Positions 23,305-37,790 are shown, counted from the stretch's first letter. The stretch: DNA of 64,000 nt from Amphiscolops sp. MND2022 (GCA_964187785.1 OZ076409.1:49478001-49542000), one strand, 5' to 3'. The notes: generated by a model not told the origin, from the letters alone. Made by a program: numbers and translations.

Positions 23305-25306
23305 GTAAAATACTGAACTTACCTTGTCTAAACTACAGCACGAACTAAGGATTAACGGAAGCGCAACGTGAAATATCCAAAAATGATCTTGAGCAAAATA
23401 GGATTTCTGATTTAAAGTTTTCACATGTAATCACTTTACTACATCCGGTTTTGTTTCTGAAAAATCCATGACAATCTAAATACTAAAAAGAAACATTCAT
23501 AACACTGTGATCAATTCTCGTCCTCTCCACACTGAAATGAAAACATTAGTTAATACCGTGGTCCCAACGGAATGCATGTGATCTAAAATAAGGAAAATAC
23601 AGAGAGAATTTAATAGACTTGTTTCCAAAGTCTGAAGTAGTTGTTAAAAGCCACTCAAATTACAGTCAAGTAATTTGAATAAACCTTTACAACGCTATGG
23701 CAACGTCAATCAGATAAACAAGTTGCTAGTATTCCTAATTTAATGAACCAATAGCGTCGCTGCTAAGGACGGAATGTTTGCGCTCGAGCTAGTAAGGACC
23801 ATTCTAATGACGTCATTAAGAACGAATTTAAAGATGGCGAATTGCTCCGCTCTAACTTCGCTAGCTACTAAGCTAATCTTAATACGTACGTAGCATCTAC
23901 GGGACGAATTGTAAGCTAAAGAAACTATAGCTAATCTTAATACGTACGTGACATCTACGGGGAAGATTGTAACTTGGCAAAACTATACTTAATGTTAATA
24001 CATGCAAAATAACTGTGGAAAAATCTGAGACTTAGGGACTAATGCAGTATATCAGGACATTCCTTGGAACACGTAGAATTTTGTTAGGACAACCAAAATA
24101 TTGTAGGATTCAATTATTTCCTCCCGATTTTCCTCTGTTCTTTAAGCAATCTAAACGTTCGTGCTGTAGGACCAAGGCAAAAGTGAATTTCTTAATGGAA
24201 GGTGCTTTTCTTACTTTTAAGAAAATGATTTACGTACTCAGTACGTCTTAAAATGTTGTTGCTTTCCACGTTGTTTGTTATTTTGTAACCATGTTTGATA
24301 GTATCATGTAAAAATCACGCAGGTTTATCGTTGCCAATTTCTGGTTTATAATAACCAAATTTCAGTTTGTATTCGTCACTTTCTCGGTATCATTTGTTCC
24401 TTATCAAACATTTGATTTCAGTAATCCAAAAACTTAACCGAAATATTTCCGTGACGAATTTCACTTGTTACTTTGTTGCTGCAAGTTGAAAATCTTGCCG
24501 CTCATAAGATGAATCATTGTTCATGCCCGCGTGCCTTTCGTGATGGAAGTTTAACTAGATATTTATTTTACCGCTCTTTTGAGATTAAACCGGAAATGAG
24601 GATGATGAACAAAAATGAATTCAACAAGTACTCCGCAAAAGGGACGTGACTAGGAATTTTAAATTATGAACAACTAGTTAAAGGGTTGAAATAATAAGGA
24701 TGACTAAGTGATTTTTATGAACAAAATGGATTTTTAGGATTCCTAGGAATTTTTAGGTGAGGAACAAATGATGCTGAGAAGGTATATATAGTTGTAGATA
24801 CTTTGAAAAATCAATCCAATCTTTTGTTTCCCAATTAATCAATTTGTTCTGTTGATACAATAAAGCTCGCTTCTTCAACGAATTAACATATTTCCGAAGA
24901 CTTCTCTACCATAAACTTTCAAAGATGACTACTAGAAGCCAGAAAAGAAAAGCGGTTGAAGAATTAGTCTCTACTGAAATCGAAACACCGGTTCCAGAAA
25001 TTAGTCTGAGCGAAAATCCCGTAGCGGGAACAAGCAAATCTCCTAGAGTCATTTCTGAAAACCTAGAAAATATTAAATCGGCTCTTAGAAAAGAGATAAT
25101 GACTGATCTTACTAAAATCTTAGCCGAGAACCAGAAGGAGATGCTAAAACTGATAGCTCCAGTAACTAAAAAACAAACCCTAGTTAGAGCTTCTGAAGAA
25201 ACTGATTCTGATCCCGAGGACATCCCGGAAAATGCAACATCAACACCTATAAAAACCAAATCCACTGCGACTACTAATAGGATTACCCCGGTAAATAGTC
25301 GTAACA
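23210..25306 (+). repeat. 3' LTR (2097 bp)
   Basis: Copy of 9377-11473. I noticed only two substitutions by eye (actagaC/Tattt and cttcG/Aacg). Followed by the TSD AGGGT. Confidence 0.97.
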
Positions 25307-25416
25307 AGGGTATCTCTTTGATTTTTTTCAGGTACTGTGCGACATTTTTTGATTTTTTTGTCTCACCTTCAAATTTTCAAATATTTTGCAACAAACTGGA
25401 GTTTCCAAAAGCCTAA
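24925..25416 (+). other. Chimeric ORF: 127 Gag N-terminal codons from the 3' LTR fused to 36 codons of flanking DNA
   Basis: Identical to Gag up to ...PVNSRN, then diverges exactly at the LTR end (25306). Confidence 0.8.
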
Positions 25417-25599
25417 AAGGTCTCCCTCTAAAGGGCACTATGAGACTGTTTCACAATTCTTACTTAGTCTAAAATTTTGACGTAATATCGGGAGTGAAGT
25501 GCTATATCCGAAGTAGCTTGAGTTTTCATGAGGAGGCATAGGATTGAAAAAAGTGCTCGCTGCAAAAGCGTTTCTCTCTGGAGATCCAGATGGCAAGTG

Positions 25600-26830
25600 G
25601 ACGTACCCGTTTCAAAATCCCTTTCTCTTAAAAGCAAGCTCCCAGCTATATTCTATATTTCCGGGATGACCCTGTCATTCATAACAGAACTAATTGCTCT
25701 ATTAATTTACTATGCATCATGCTCACCAATGAATACAACTCTTGAGAGAATCTTAAGTTCATATAACCGGATGATATGTCCATAGAATCTCCAAGTCTAT
25801 CCGGTCCAGAGGTATCATTCCTGCTTCCCATATTCTTTATTTCGTTTTCTTGAGATGAGTTTCTTATATGTGTGAGAATAGCATCATAGTCTTCCTGTCC
25901 AGAAGGTCCTCTCATTCTGTTTTCTAGTTCTCTCTCAATTGAATTTGAGTTGTTCTCCCCGTACTGAGACTCCATGGCATTCCATCCATGGCCATGGATG
26001 GTCCAGGCCTGGCCACCAATGGATCCAATTTGTAGGTGGTCATTGCAAATTCCATCGATGGCCATGGATGGTACATGGATGGTCCACCACTGGCCATCGA
26101 TGGAGTTTCGAAAAATTTTTCGAACAAAAATTCGTTCGAAGTGCGAAAATTCGAAATGTACGTTAGTAAATGCAAAATTTGAGTTGGCGAGTCACTCTGT
26201 AATAGAGAATGTCATTATAATGGATTTTTTCCTTGAACTCGTTCCTTGCTAGCTTCTCCAGTGTCGACAGTGTACTTTTTACCGGGCGTTTTAGAGAAAA
26301 ATGCCTTTATCATAGTTCCGATTATAGTTTTGAATGGAACTCATGAGATGCAATACTGATTTTTAAAGTTTTCATTTCAGTTTCTGACTAGGGCATTGCA
26401 GCGTTTTAATCTTACGTTGATTCAAAGACGACTCAAAATTTCAGAAAACGGAGCTTCTGTAAGCTGTTTTGAGCTTTCCGGACTTTTGGTTTCCAGGCCT
26501 GGCCAGGGATGGTCCATCCCTGGCCAGGGATAAAAGTGGCGATTGCCATCCCTGGTCCATCCATGGACCAGGCCTGGCCAGGGATGGAACTGCCATGGAC
26601 CATCCATGGCCATGGATGGAATGCCATGGAGTCTCAGTACGGGTCTGATAACATAATATCCTTATTTTCGTAGTTGGACAAGATGTCCTTCTCTCTAGAG
26701 CGTCTTGCTCTAGCCTTTTGTTTTGTTGTCGAAGTTTTCCTTTTTCAGATTAACAAAATGTTTTGAAAACATTTTAACCGTAAATTTGGTTACAATCACA
26801 GCGACAATAATCTCAATGGTGTCTTACCTC
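25600..26830 (-). pseudogene. Decayed coding-like sequence interrupted by the MITE; possibly the Gag N-terminus of another LTR element
   Basis: Removing the MITE joins ...KARARRSREKDILSNYENKDIML to ENNSNSIERE...SQEL.SLVSMMHS/INRAISSVMNDRVIPEI, with stops and frameshifts. Confidence 0.35.
25958..26643. mobile_element. Non-autonomous DNA transposon (MITE) with CCC...GGG termini, CMC/EnSpm-like
   Basis: Long TIRs cccgtactgagactccatggcattccatccatggccatggatggtcca and its reverse complement at the right end; subterminal ccatgg/ggatgg repeats; apparent 2-bp TSD tc. Confidence 0.8.
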
Positions 26831-28946
26831 TTTCACTTGGTCTTTTATGTCCCTGAAGGAAAGACACTTAAAATTCAAGCAGTCATGTGTCTTTTTAAGC
26901 ACCTCCTGATCTATTTACAGCACCGCTGATTGCGTCATGTGACTAGAATGAACTTCCAAAATGGTTGCAACTAAATTTGTTTACATGACCGGGTTAGGCC
27001 GAGTAAAGATTACATGTTGGGATGAAAGGATCTTTTAGCCCCATGTAACTACAGCGTACATGTACAAGCACAAGAAAAGTCCAACTGAGACAACTTCCTG
27101 CTTTCTGAGAGACAGTTTTTCTGCGTTTCGTGAATACATATTTTTTTCATTTTTGTTGCATTAATAATGTTCTTATGAGGCGCTAGTTCTCCAAAAGTTG
27201 TTCCTGATGAGCTCGAACAACGTCCAAAGAATAACGTCTAAAGCCAAGTCATGCTCATTCCCAATCTTAATACATTGAATTTGATACTTACATTGATGAA
27301 TCAAAATGATGAAATGATAAATTTAATTAGATCGATGGTAAAGGAAGCTTTCAGTTCAAAGTGAAGTAAAAAAAGGTTTCTCCTTTGTTGCTCTTGTTAA
27401 ATTTTTTGCAATCTTGTAAAAAGCACCAATAAAATGTTGACTGCTCTGAAACGATTGCTCATTTGTATCTTCTTCAATCAACTCTGAATCAAAGACTATT
27501 CAATTTAGTAAATGCGTTTGCACTCTAGAAATATACTCTAGAAAGAAAATAATTTTAATTGGCTGAACAAGTTCATCTTTGATGCTCGAAAAGCTTCGGA
27601 CAGTTCGCTCACCTATCTTCAAAAAAAGTCATCATTTAATCATATTTCTGGATAAATATTATTAATTGCAGTAACCGTATTTGATTTTGTTGAAACGGAA
27701 ATTAGTTTTTTGATGTTTCAGATTCAAGAAACGTTTTAAAAGTTGAGGAACGTTTGAAAAATTCCGAAAAACTTATAGGGAAACACTTTGATCCCATGCT
27801 GTTTTGTCGTAATAGTATAAATTTAAAATATTCAAAAGGGGAGACCGACCCTCCGGTTGCCTGTAGAAACAAGTCTGAAAGCCATTAAGCAGGAACAAAA
27901 GTGTCCGAAAAAAAACGTGAATCAATTGGAAATTACGTTTTTCCGTTATAACATTTTTGGACACTAACATCTATGGAAATTTTTCGAGGATATATGTGGC
28001 TCTCAAAAATTCACCATTATAATCTCGTTTTCGAAAACGTTTTTCTTAAAAGTCAGCATCTTGAATGAATTTTAAACTGGTCTCGATGCCATTAACTCAT
28101 CCCAAAAAGTCTCTTTTTGAAATCAAAAAAGTAAAAAAATCCATGTTCACGTATCTTTGAGAAATCATAACCTCTAAAAAATTAACATCTTTATCGAATT
28201 GACATCATAGCTACATTCTTCCGGAAAAATCTCATAGTGCCGAAAAATGTTTCAGCTCGCAAAATTACTTTTTCTCATTCCGAAATGAGCTACGAAAGCC
28301 TTCGACCAAATGAAAGTCTCGGGAAGACACACAGATCTGAAAAAAAGCTAAAAAAGATATTTTCCACAAGCATTAAGAAAACTCATCAGTTCCACAGGAT
28401 CAAAAAGTAACAAAGAGGTACCCTCAAGACTCGAGAAAGCAAGGCGGTAATAATATGCATGGTCTTTCACAACATTACGAACTTCAAGTCAATGATTTAA
28501 GGATGGCTTCAAGGTTAGTGGCTTATTTGTCAAGTTTTAAATAAGTGTTATTCAGACAGTTTTTGCGGCTATCCGATGCTCAAAAAATATGTGAAAACTT
28601 GTTGCTCGTAGAGGAGTCTTCCCATGCGCTTTTTGAGTTTCAGCGCTATCTCAATCTTTCAAATTGTAAAAACCCAAGAACCGCCGTGACACTGCGATAG
28701 CTTTCGTATATTCGGCTTAAATACCTTCATTAGAAAACTCAGACACCATACAGTTTCAATTGTTTGAAAAAAAAGTATCGGAAATTGTTGAAACAAAAAA
28801 CTATCTAGAGATCTGAAAACTAGTTCAGGCAAATATGCACATAAATTTTCGAAATGATAATGCAAAAAAAAATCGCTGTGCCTTCCTCCGCACTAGATTT
28901 AATATAATTCTGGATTAACTTTGATAATTCAGATGTACGGCATCTC

Positions 28947-29689
28947 TTTTTTAGTTGGCGCTTTTAGAATAAAAAAGCCCGACTATTACAGTCACTCGTG
29001 TTTTTATCTTTCAAAATATTTTCAAGACAGATGCGAATGCGGCGAAATTCTCAATTTATTGTTTAGTTTATTCAGCTAAACCATTGCCTCGGGAACACCT
29101 CTAAGTTAGTCCAAAGGGTCCACCTTTCATCTTTTCCTTTTTTAACGTAGCATAGAAAACAGGACGAGACTAAAAAGTCGTTGAATTTTTTTCGATTTTT
29201 ATGGCATTTTAAGACTTTTTTTTGAAAAAAAATTAATGCCTCCAAAGGGTACCTCCTTCAATTTGTTTGACTTTTTTTACAACGAATGGGATGTTAAAAA
29301 AGCCCAAATGGCTCCCCTTTTACATTTTTCGGCCATATTAGACAGTTTCAAAATTTTCATTTTTCGTCCTAAATTAGGTTTTCTCAAAATATATCCACCA
29401 ATAACTTTCTTCAATACTATCCGAGTTTTTGACGTTATATCCGACGTAAGTTGCGCTCCACTAAAAAGGAGGTGGAGGTTCAAAATATTGCGCTGTGTTC
29501 GAATTCTTGACGTTATGTCCGAACTAATTGCGTTTTACTGAGGAGGAGGCAAAGGATCGAAGCGTTTTCCTTTGGGTGTTTCGAAAGGTTTTTGGCGTTT
29601 TTCCCAGAAAAAATCCCGAGCATATTCTAAACCATTTCGCTTTTTGAACTTTAAGGGGGGCGTCGACTTGAGACGTTCCCGTCTTGTTT
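28947..29689 (-). mobile_element. Helentron/DINE-1-like non-autonomous element
   Basis: Reverse-orientation copy with the same termini as 51879-52369 (tttttagttggcgct... and ...gacttgagacgttcccgtcttgtt). Confidence 0.55.
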
Positions 29690-32600
29690 TACATATTTTG
29701 ACAGAAAACGGTTAAACTAATGTTCAACATGAAAAGATACGAACGTTCGACACTGGTGAGGTCGAACGCCACTCTTTTCTTCGTAGTGTCTCCAAGTCCG
29801 TAAAGCGCATGTTTCATCGATTCAGACCTTTTATCTGGAAACGATTTAAAACTTCAACAGGGTTGAATGCGAGCTTCCATCCTAGTGGGAATCATTGTGG
29901 GAAAGTCGAACAAAGCCAACAAAAACAAAGTGGATTGTCCCAGGCTGGAATAGATTTTCCTTGCAACAAAGTTGTGGAACTTTTAATTTTTTCTTTAAAT
30001 TGAAATGACAGTGCTGAAAAACACTCAAAGGGACCCTTCAAACTTTAAAAATGCAACATTCTATCTGAAACGGTCAAAAAATTCACAGTATGACTAAAGA
30101 ATTTTGGGGAAAAGTCACACAGAGCCAAAAAAGTTTAAGGGGCAGAACATTTTTGGCTCATTCAGATTTTTCACGACTTAAAGGGTACAGGAAGCAAAGG
30201 GAGTTCGTAAGCACCCATGGATGCATTTCAAATCTTGTGCAATTCTAAAATTGCACCAGAGTCGAGCCAAAAGTGATCGCACAATGCTGGAAAACACAAA
30301 AGGGGGACCCTTCGATCTTTTCTACCTTTGCAAGTATAAAAAATTGGCCCATCGCGGGATTACAACTCACGCGCACCTGCTCCCCAGACTCAGTCATCAG
30401 GCACAGACACCCACTATAACCATTATGCCAAGTTGAGTGTACTCATCAGCAAAATCAACGGAGTAGTTTCTGCAAAAGAGGATTTTTTGAGAATAAACTA
30501 AAAATATAAAACAGCTTTTTCACTGCGATGTATTTTTCTCATAGAACAAGAAGCCTTTTTGAAAGATGGGATAGTACGTTGCAGCATCAATAAAAACACA
30601 AAAAAAGGATTGAGAAACAATGAACTAGGATAGTTGCTACAGTACTGCTAAAGGCTACTTCATAAGTACATTAGTCCTACCGAAATTGTTGGGCTCCAAC
30701 GTTTGAAAGTTGTTCAAAAGAGCACATTTCAACATTTCAAAAGTATTGCTTCAAAATATTGTAGAAAATCCCATTTTGACCCTTCTCCTCGAAAATGTAT
30801 TTCATTCAGAGAATTAGCACATTTTCCTTCATTTTCAATCGAAACGCCAAATGTGAAATCAAATACGGAAGCTTCAACAAACGATATCAGACTGACACAG
30901 AAACTGAAACTCGATATATTAAAAACCCTCAAAACATTCAACAGTAAAACGACGTAAATCACTGTCCCGCTATGCTCAAAAAGTTATATAATTAGAGGTA
31001 CCTATTTTTCTTGAAAAGCAGCTACTTTTAGCACTTAGACTTGGTGTGTTTTGACTGGGCTATATATAATATTCGGAAGACGCGACTCCAAAAATTGTTT
31101 TTAATGCTACAGACTTAATTGAAGTAACCCTTTAGCTTCAATAATGAATGACGACAGTCAAAAATCACATTCTCAACAATTTTTCCAATATCATTTTTTT
31201 TCGGAAATAATTGCACCGGTGTCAACTGGTGGAGCAACGGTGGAATTAGTGACTGTTATCCAAATGGTCTCCGCCAACTGCCGTTGGGGCCATCCTTGTG
31301 AAGCATTCCGTCCACTCTTTGTTAAATTTGTTAGTTTACAAATAATGAAGGTCAAATTTTCCAATAAGCCAATTTTTCGAACTGGCAATTTTCTACTGTT
31401 AGACAATTGCCTAAACGAGTACAACAATTTGACCCTTAAACATTACTTGGAAATATTCATTGTGTGAAAAAAGTGTCTCGTAAGGAAAACAACTACACCA
31501 ACCTAGAATGAGGAAAATGAAAGGTATCATTTTGTTGGCAAGTAAGAAGTAAGTAAGTAATTGTATATATCTATATGTGTATAAATAACAATTTTTGATT
31601 GATAAGATTGAGGTTGAGATTTCAGCGAATTGATCTGTTCACGGTAGGTGCACCTGCGTCAAAAGCGCAGTTACAATAATCGCAGGCAAGGGCTCTTTGC
31701 CACTCTCAGCGGACATTTTGGAGAGAGAGCACAACTGAAATTCACGGCAACAAACTGACAGATTTTTCACATGGCAAAAATAATCGATCTACAAAACGCC
31801 ATATCTCCGTCTTAGTAGACTCTAAGGTGATTTCACGGGGAAATTCAATTTTAAAAGCCTTTTAAACTGTTTTGACACATAAATCCGTGTAATTCTCCCT
31901 TTTAAAAGGAATCTTCGATCTGTATGTGGAATAGCAGCTATTAGAAAATAAACGGTTCCTGTCTCAACTTAATGCATTTTCCAATTCCCCTTTTCTCAGC
32001 TAGGGGCATGAATATCTATCTACTCATTTCGACCACGCTGCGTAAGTTGGCCAGTTACAAACCAGCAGAGTGAACAGAAAATTAAGGATGCTGAAAAAAT
32101 TGGAATAAAAAAACCTGAATTAGGAATAAGAAGCAGAAAAGACTTCATGCAGTGTACAAGGACAAAATTGACCAATGAGAGAGGTTCTCTAATTTAGAAG
32201 CAGTGTTGGTAAATATCCAAGCCTGGAAGGGCAAAGTTGTTTTCGCAGTTGACGGGTATCGAAAGTGTCAAAATTAGACAACCAATGAGCGCGCTGCTAT
32301 GCTGTTTTGATTGTTCTCAATTCACTTTTCACAGCATGTCAATTTCGATGTCATAAAATGCCTAACAACTAACAATGTTCAAGGATCAATTTTTGTCAAA
32401 TGCATAGCGCTGAATTTTAGATAACAAGCATCCTTTTTCAGAACTAGTACAAACCAATGAAAAAAATGCATGCTGCAACATAGATTGTACGATTTTACGT
32501 GGATTGTGATTACTTCTATAAAATCTTACCAGAAGTAAATTTCAAAGAACTTTCTTGGTCTTTTGTTGGTATTAGACCCGCACCGTTTGATATTCAAAGT

Positions 32601-35600
32601 GCTCTTTAAAAAATGCGATGTTCACGGCAAGGATGACTAAACGAAGTCATTGTGAGATTTCTAATATTATCAATACATCAAGTGGTAACTTCCTATAGAT
32701 TGCAATTATTCGCACTCTATAAATAGTCACCAATCCACCGGCTGTAAGAAATGTAATGAGAGTAGCCGAATCCAACACAAGACGTAATTCCACGCGATTC
32801 AATCAATGGATAATTAATTATATATACTTGCATAGATTGAATTGTATGTAACCTGAAGAAAATTTAAAAATCAAGGGCGGAGAAACTTTCCCAAGAATCC
32901 AACTCTATCAGAAAAGAGGATTTTTGGTGAGTCATTCGGCTCTTTCTATCGTGCAAAATCTCAAAATCTCTCCAGCAGCTCAAGTTATTCAGCTCTCTGG
33001 AAATGGCTGAGAACGTTGAAATAATGTTCGAATAACTTTTTTATAAATTAAATCTGGTTATGTTACAAAATTCGCTAAATAACAATTATTCGCGACTCAG
33101 TCAACTGAGTTGTAGCACAAAACACAAGTGGAAACTCAATCTCTAGCTCACGGTTCTAGCGATGAACAACAACAACTTCCTTATCGCTCAGCTAAGTTTC
33201 TTGTCCCCTTCTCGAGCCTCAAACGTTCTCGCAGCTCTCTAACTTGTTTGTGTCTATTCCAGTATAGTATAATCCAATTCCGTTTTAATTATGTTAATTC
33301 GTTGCACGTCTTTTGGGGGCTACATCTTCATATCTTTCATACTTGACGTTTACAATACTGGGTGTCGGCATGTGATTTTTGCATGTAGTTATTTTCATGT
33401 TTACCTTGTTCTTTTATGGCAGAGCGAGCTTCCCTCTAGTTATACTTCCAAAAAACATTCTTTGCCGCCAACAATGAAGAGTTCTACAACTGTCCGACAT
33501 TCTTCACATTCCATGAAAATTCAAGTCTCCAAAGATATTCCCAATATCGAGAAAATCTCTCAATGACCTTCAATTACATGGTTTACTTGTTCTCTACACG
33601 TTGGGTTACCTTTCCGTCCTTATGAGTGCAGAATATCATCGCAAATTCTCTAGCCAAAATGAAAATCAATTCATAGGCTATACGTTCATCACGCAAATGA
33701 CGCCGAGTTACATGTTTTTGTACGTTTTTCCTATATGATCAGGGGTGGCCACCTGAGGTGACATTGATGCCTGCCTGTGACCTTGACGTTGTCTGTAGCC
33801 ATCAGAAGTTGCCCCAAGCCAAGATACATAATTTTAGGGTCTAAAGTTCCCGAGTTAAGTGTTATCCGTATGGTATGGTTTGTTTACTCAAAGCTAATAC
33901 CCCAGGTTGGGTAAAAAATCAAATTTATTCACGTTAGCAATCGACTACGTTCGTTATTGCTGTCCTTTTGATTTGAGGTTTTACAACCTAGGTCAAATGC
34001 CTCTTTTTCGCCGGGCCTGCACGTCCGGTCCCGAGAACCCTAAACCATCATTACTCCTTGCGCAAAAGACCAATTGAAAGAACTTTCATGTATTTTACTT
34101 AGGGTTGGTAGGTGATTATTTTTGACAAGTTTCATTATCGTTGAATCAACAGTTGACTGTCATTGGGATGGTGCTCCTACTACGCCTGTCTGAGGGTTGC
34201 GATAGTATACGAAAATGGCTTAATGTTCTATGGTCTGTCAATTCCATAGATAATTCGACACACTCCGAGCTTTCCCGACGCACATATCGGGTGGTCGACA
34301 TAGTGCACTTCCGGTGCTGATAGCTCGGGATCCGAGGGTCTCGACTCGGTTCCAATTGTTTAACCGAGTAGCATAACAGCTCATGTACATGTGTACCAAA
34401 GTTTAAGTCTCTACAGTCATTAGTCTTTTGATTAATTCGAGTGAATCAAAATGAAGCGTTGTTCGCAGATTTGTCCACTCTTGTTGTTCTCAAGGTGAAT
34501 CTTTGAATCTTTTTGTTCAAAAGTGAATCTTGGCGCAAATCGCCTTACGGTATCAACTCTGACTTAGCCGATTCCATCGCTGAAGTCTATTCTAATCAAT
34601 ACTTAATTTGTGAAATGTGTCGTCTTCTAAGTAAACACCGAGTTTGACATATAGGTATCAGTCACTCTTTTCAACTACTTTCAGTAATCCTAAGGCCAAG
34701 AAAGGTGGTAGATACAGTTCTGTCTATCGTCTTGGCTTCGCACAAAAACAAGGGGTTTTTTTTAAATCTTAAAATTCCACATAACCACATGACATAATGC
34801 ATAGGAAGACACAGTAGCTAGCACACTAGTCGCACAAAGTAGCTAGTCATTATTATAGGTTGACATATCTGGTCAGAGTTTTCAGTGTGCACTGGGGCGG
34901 TATCAAGGTCGAAAATTGCTCAACTAATCATTGTTGGGTCTTAAGCTAATCTTTCACCCCTAGCTTGTTAAAGTGGTCATCACAAAAATTCCCAGTTGGC
35001 GGAGATAATCAAAATGTAAAAAAAACACCGGTGAGCACTAAGACTTTGGTGAACTTGATCAAACCACTGTGAAGCCACAACTTCAGGTCGATCATTGCAT
35101 GACCAGTTAGCTGCAAATATGGCACCATTCAGGAGATAGTATCCGTAGAAAGCGCTAAAAAGTAAAAAATTCTCTTCTGGGCTTTATTTCATAATATTAT
35201 TCAGCACAGTATGAACGCACAGTATTTCAGGACAAGGATCAAACTGCAGTCGCACGAAAAACGAGACTAGATAGATGCTGATATAAAGTATCTAAATCAG
35301 AGTGGTTATTAACTCAAAAGGTTTATCTGAATCAGGATCTGAGGTCGTTTTCCGGAAGCTGTCGTTTTCCTGCTCCACGGCCATTTAAATGGTCCTGGCT
35401 GTCTTTTCCTTCAAATTGAGTTTTATGTGTCTTAAAATGATGCAACTCGACTCCATGTGTTCGACTTATGTTGCTCAAGTGGTAGTGGTTGTTGAGTTCA
35501 GCTTTGTTGTTCTTTGAAGACTGCGTGAAAGTAAAATTTGGAAGGAAACATCCGTCTAGCCCATCCAGGTCACGTGCCAACAGTCGTTCCGTCCTTCGAT

Positions 35601-37288
35601 GTGGTGCTTAATCTCGGGAGGTTGGTGATCGAGCTTGGTTCCTGGGTTCGCAGGAAGCTTGAGCTTTGCTAGTTTCTGATAATCAGTTGGATTCACAGTG
35701 ACATTTCAATTACGTGATAGCAAATTGAATAACTCAATTAGCACTACACATGACGGGGCGATATGGAATTTCAGTTACTACTAAGAATTTTTTTGGCGAT
35801 ATTTTTCTGTCTTTTGGCGCCGTTTTCGGCTACACTCATAACTTTTCGGCGGCAAAAACAATTTTTGGGCAAATATGTAATTTTGCTTAAAAGTACATTA
35901 CGAATCAGTATTATACTTTATGGACATGAGTTTGTTCATGGTTTTTCGACCAAATGACTCGGTCTATGTTGAAACTGTTCAGAATCTAAAACAGACATTC
36001 CACGTGGACTGTCGTACAGGGGCAATGAAGATAAATCTTCATTTCTTTAGGGTCTGAAACTTTTTCACCTTTTGATTTGGCAACAAGGTCTTTGTGCCTC
36101 ACATTTTTTCCAATAAAGTCAGCAGTTCCTGGATAGCAACATCAGCTAATATATTTCCCGTTTCTTTCAAAATGGTAAATTTCTTCAACATTTCTCCAGT
36201 CATCAATCCTGCTTTGACTGCAGTAAAATCAGAAGACTCACTTTCTTCTAAAACGTTACAAAAAAACTTGAAACAAGAATTATATTCCTGAATGAAGTCA
36301 GTTTTTCCATTAAATCAGAAGCTATTTCCGTTTAAAGACAATCCTCTTTATTAATAGTCTTGCAGAACAATTTTAATCGGACCAATTATTGACAATAAAT
36401 AAAACGCATTTCAACCACGAGCACCATCTTGTAAGAACGGGACCATTGAAAGCCGGTCTGGTTTCATCATCGAATGTTTTCGAAGCCTTGTTTCTGATTG
36501 AATTTTGTTAAAGTTTTCTTTGTTCAGCTCAGGGGTGTTCAATTAATTATTGCAATAAAACGATTACAATTATTCATCTAACGACTGTTTTACAACCATT
36601 CTTGATTGCGCGTAATCCTGTGGGGAAATTATTAATTGCAGTGTAACATTTTAACCTCGACAGTACACCGAGAAGTTGAAAAAGTGACAAAAAATAGGAA
36701 AAAATTTTTCAAAGCCTAATTTCTCCACGAATAATAGCGCCATCTCAAATCGGTTTTCTGCTCCTGAAAGCCCTTTACCTAAGCTTTCAAATGGACACTA
36801 GTTAGGCTGAGAGTTGGCGCCACTTTTGGGGTGAGAGCGCCACCCCGGCGGGGCGGGCCCAGCTTCGCCGACCCTTTCAAAAACACTCGAACTTTTCGCT
36901 GAAGCTTCATTAAAAAAACTTCTATATGCGGTTTCAATGGTGGCAAACTGTGTTACTAGAGTGTGACAGTAACTTAGTTACTACCCAGTTTTACAGTTTA
37001 AAACACCGTGCGGATCTCTTTCACTATGTCAAGGTTCAAGCTGAAATACCTCTAATTTTCAGTTTGATTAGCTGTGCCAATTTAGTTAGCACCAAATCAA
37101 CATATTTTGTTTTCTTCGACTTGTCTATTTCATTAAAGTAGCTTCTGGGAAGTTGAGCTGAGGAAGTTAATTTCGAAGGGTTGTTCCAGAGTGGTACTGG
37201 GTCCATGTGGTTCCAAATGACGACTTTTTACACCTTGTTCATCAGTTCATCATGGTTATATACTCATCTGGCTTTTCTTTGTTCTTCT

Positions 37289-37790
37289 TTTAGTCGGCGC
37301 TTTTCTTGAGAGAAGAGTGGACTATAGTCATGACTTTTCGTCAGTGTTTTTTTTCGATACACCTGAACTGACCAAAACAGTTTCACAAGTTCTCCAAACT
37401 TTTATGGTGTCAAATTGAACCATTTGGCCTAGCGAACAGAATCAAAACGGCCTTTTCTTTTTTCCGAGTAACATACTATAACGGGCGAGACTAAAGGGTC
37501 CCACCTTTGAGTTTTTCGGCATTATGGGACATTTTTTTGAAAACAATTAATCCCAAAGGGCTCTCCTTAATTTTTTTTCGGAGTTTTGCGACACAGTGGA
37601 TGTTGAAAAATCACAAAGGGGACCACATTTCAGTTTTTTGTGCATTTGTGCATTTGCATTGTGAGACTTTTTTCAAAAAAAAATTTTTCATCAAAGGGTC
37701 CCCAATTTACCAATACTTTGGCACTTTGAAGGTCTTTTGCTATTTTTGAGCCTGTGATATGGCGCCAATTTGGGCCGGTCTCGGCTTTTT
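37289..37790 (-). mobile_element. Helentron/DINE-1-like non-autonomous element (diverged)
   Basis: ttttagtcggcgcttttc...gactatagt at the left end, tttttgagcc...ggcgccaatttgggccggtctcggctt at the right end, and internal aaagggtccc motifs. Confidence 0.5.

Larger units (their letters stand above)
9377..25306 (+). mobile_element. Full-length, intact Ty3/gypsy LTR retrotransposon (15.9 kb) with extra cargo genes
   Basis: Two near-identical 2097-bp direct repeats (offset 13833) with TGTCACGAC...GTCGTAACA termini. 5-bp TSD AGGGT at 9372-9376 and 25307-25311. PBS after the 5' LTR, purine tract before the 3' LTR, and gag plus PR-RT-RH-IN pol in gypsy order. Confidence 0.98.

Noticed and set aside
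25924..26627. Protein-coding ORFs rich in HPWPWM
   Set aside because: Translations of the MITE's ccatgg/ggatgg subterminal repeats.
30345..30432. Functional tRNA gene (also 2273-2340, 47005-47075, 56965-57000)
   Set aside because: A/B-box-like motifs are present but stems and anticodon arms are broken; treated as SINE-like relics.
33111..35000. Solo LTR starting tgtagcac
   Set aside because: LTR-like composition, but I could not find a matching end or TSD.
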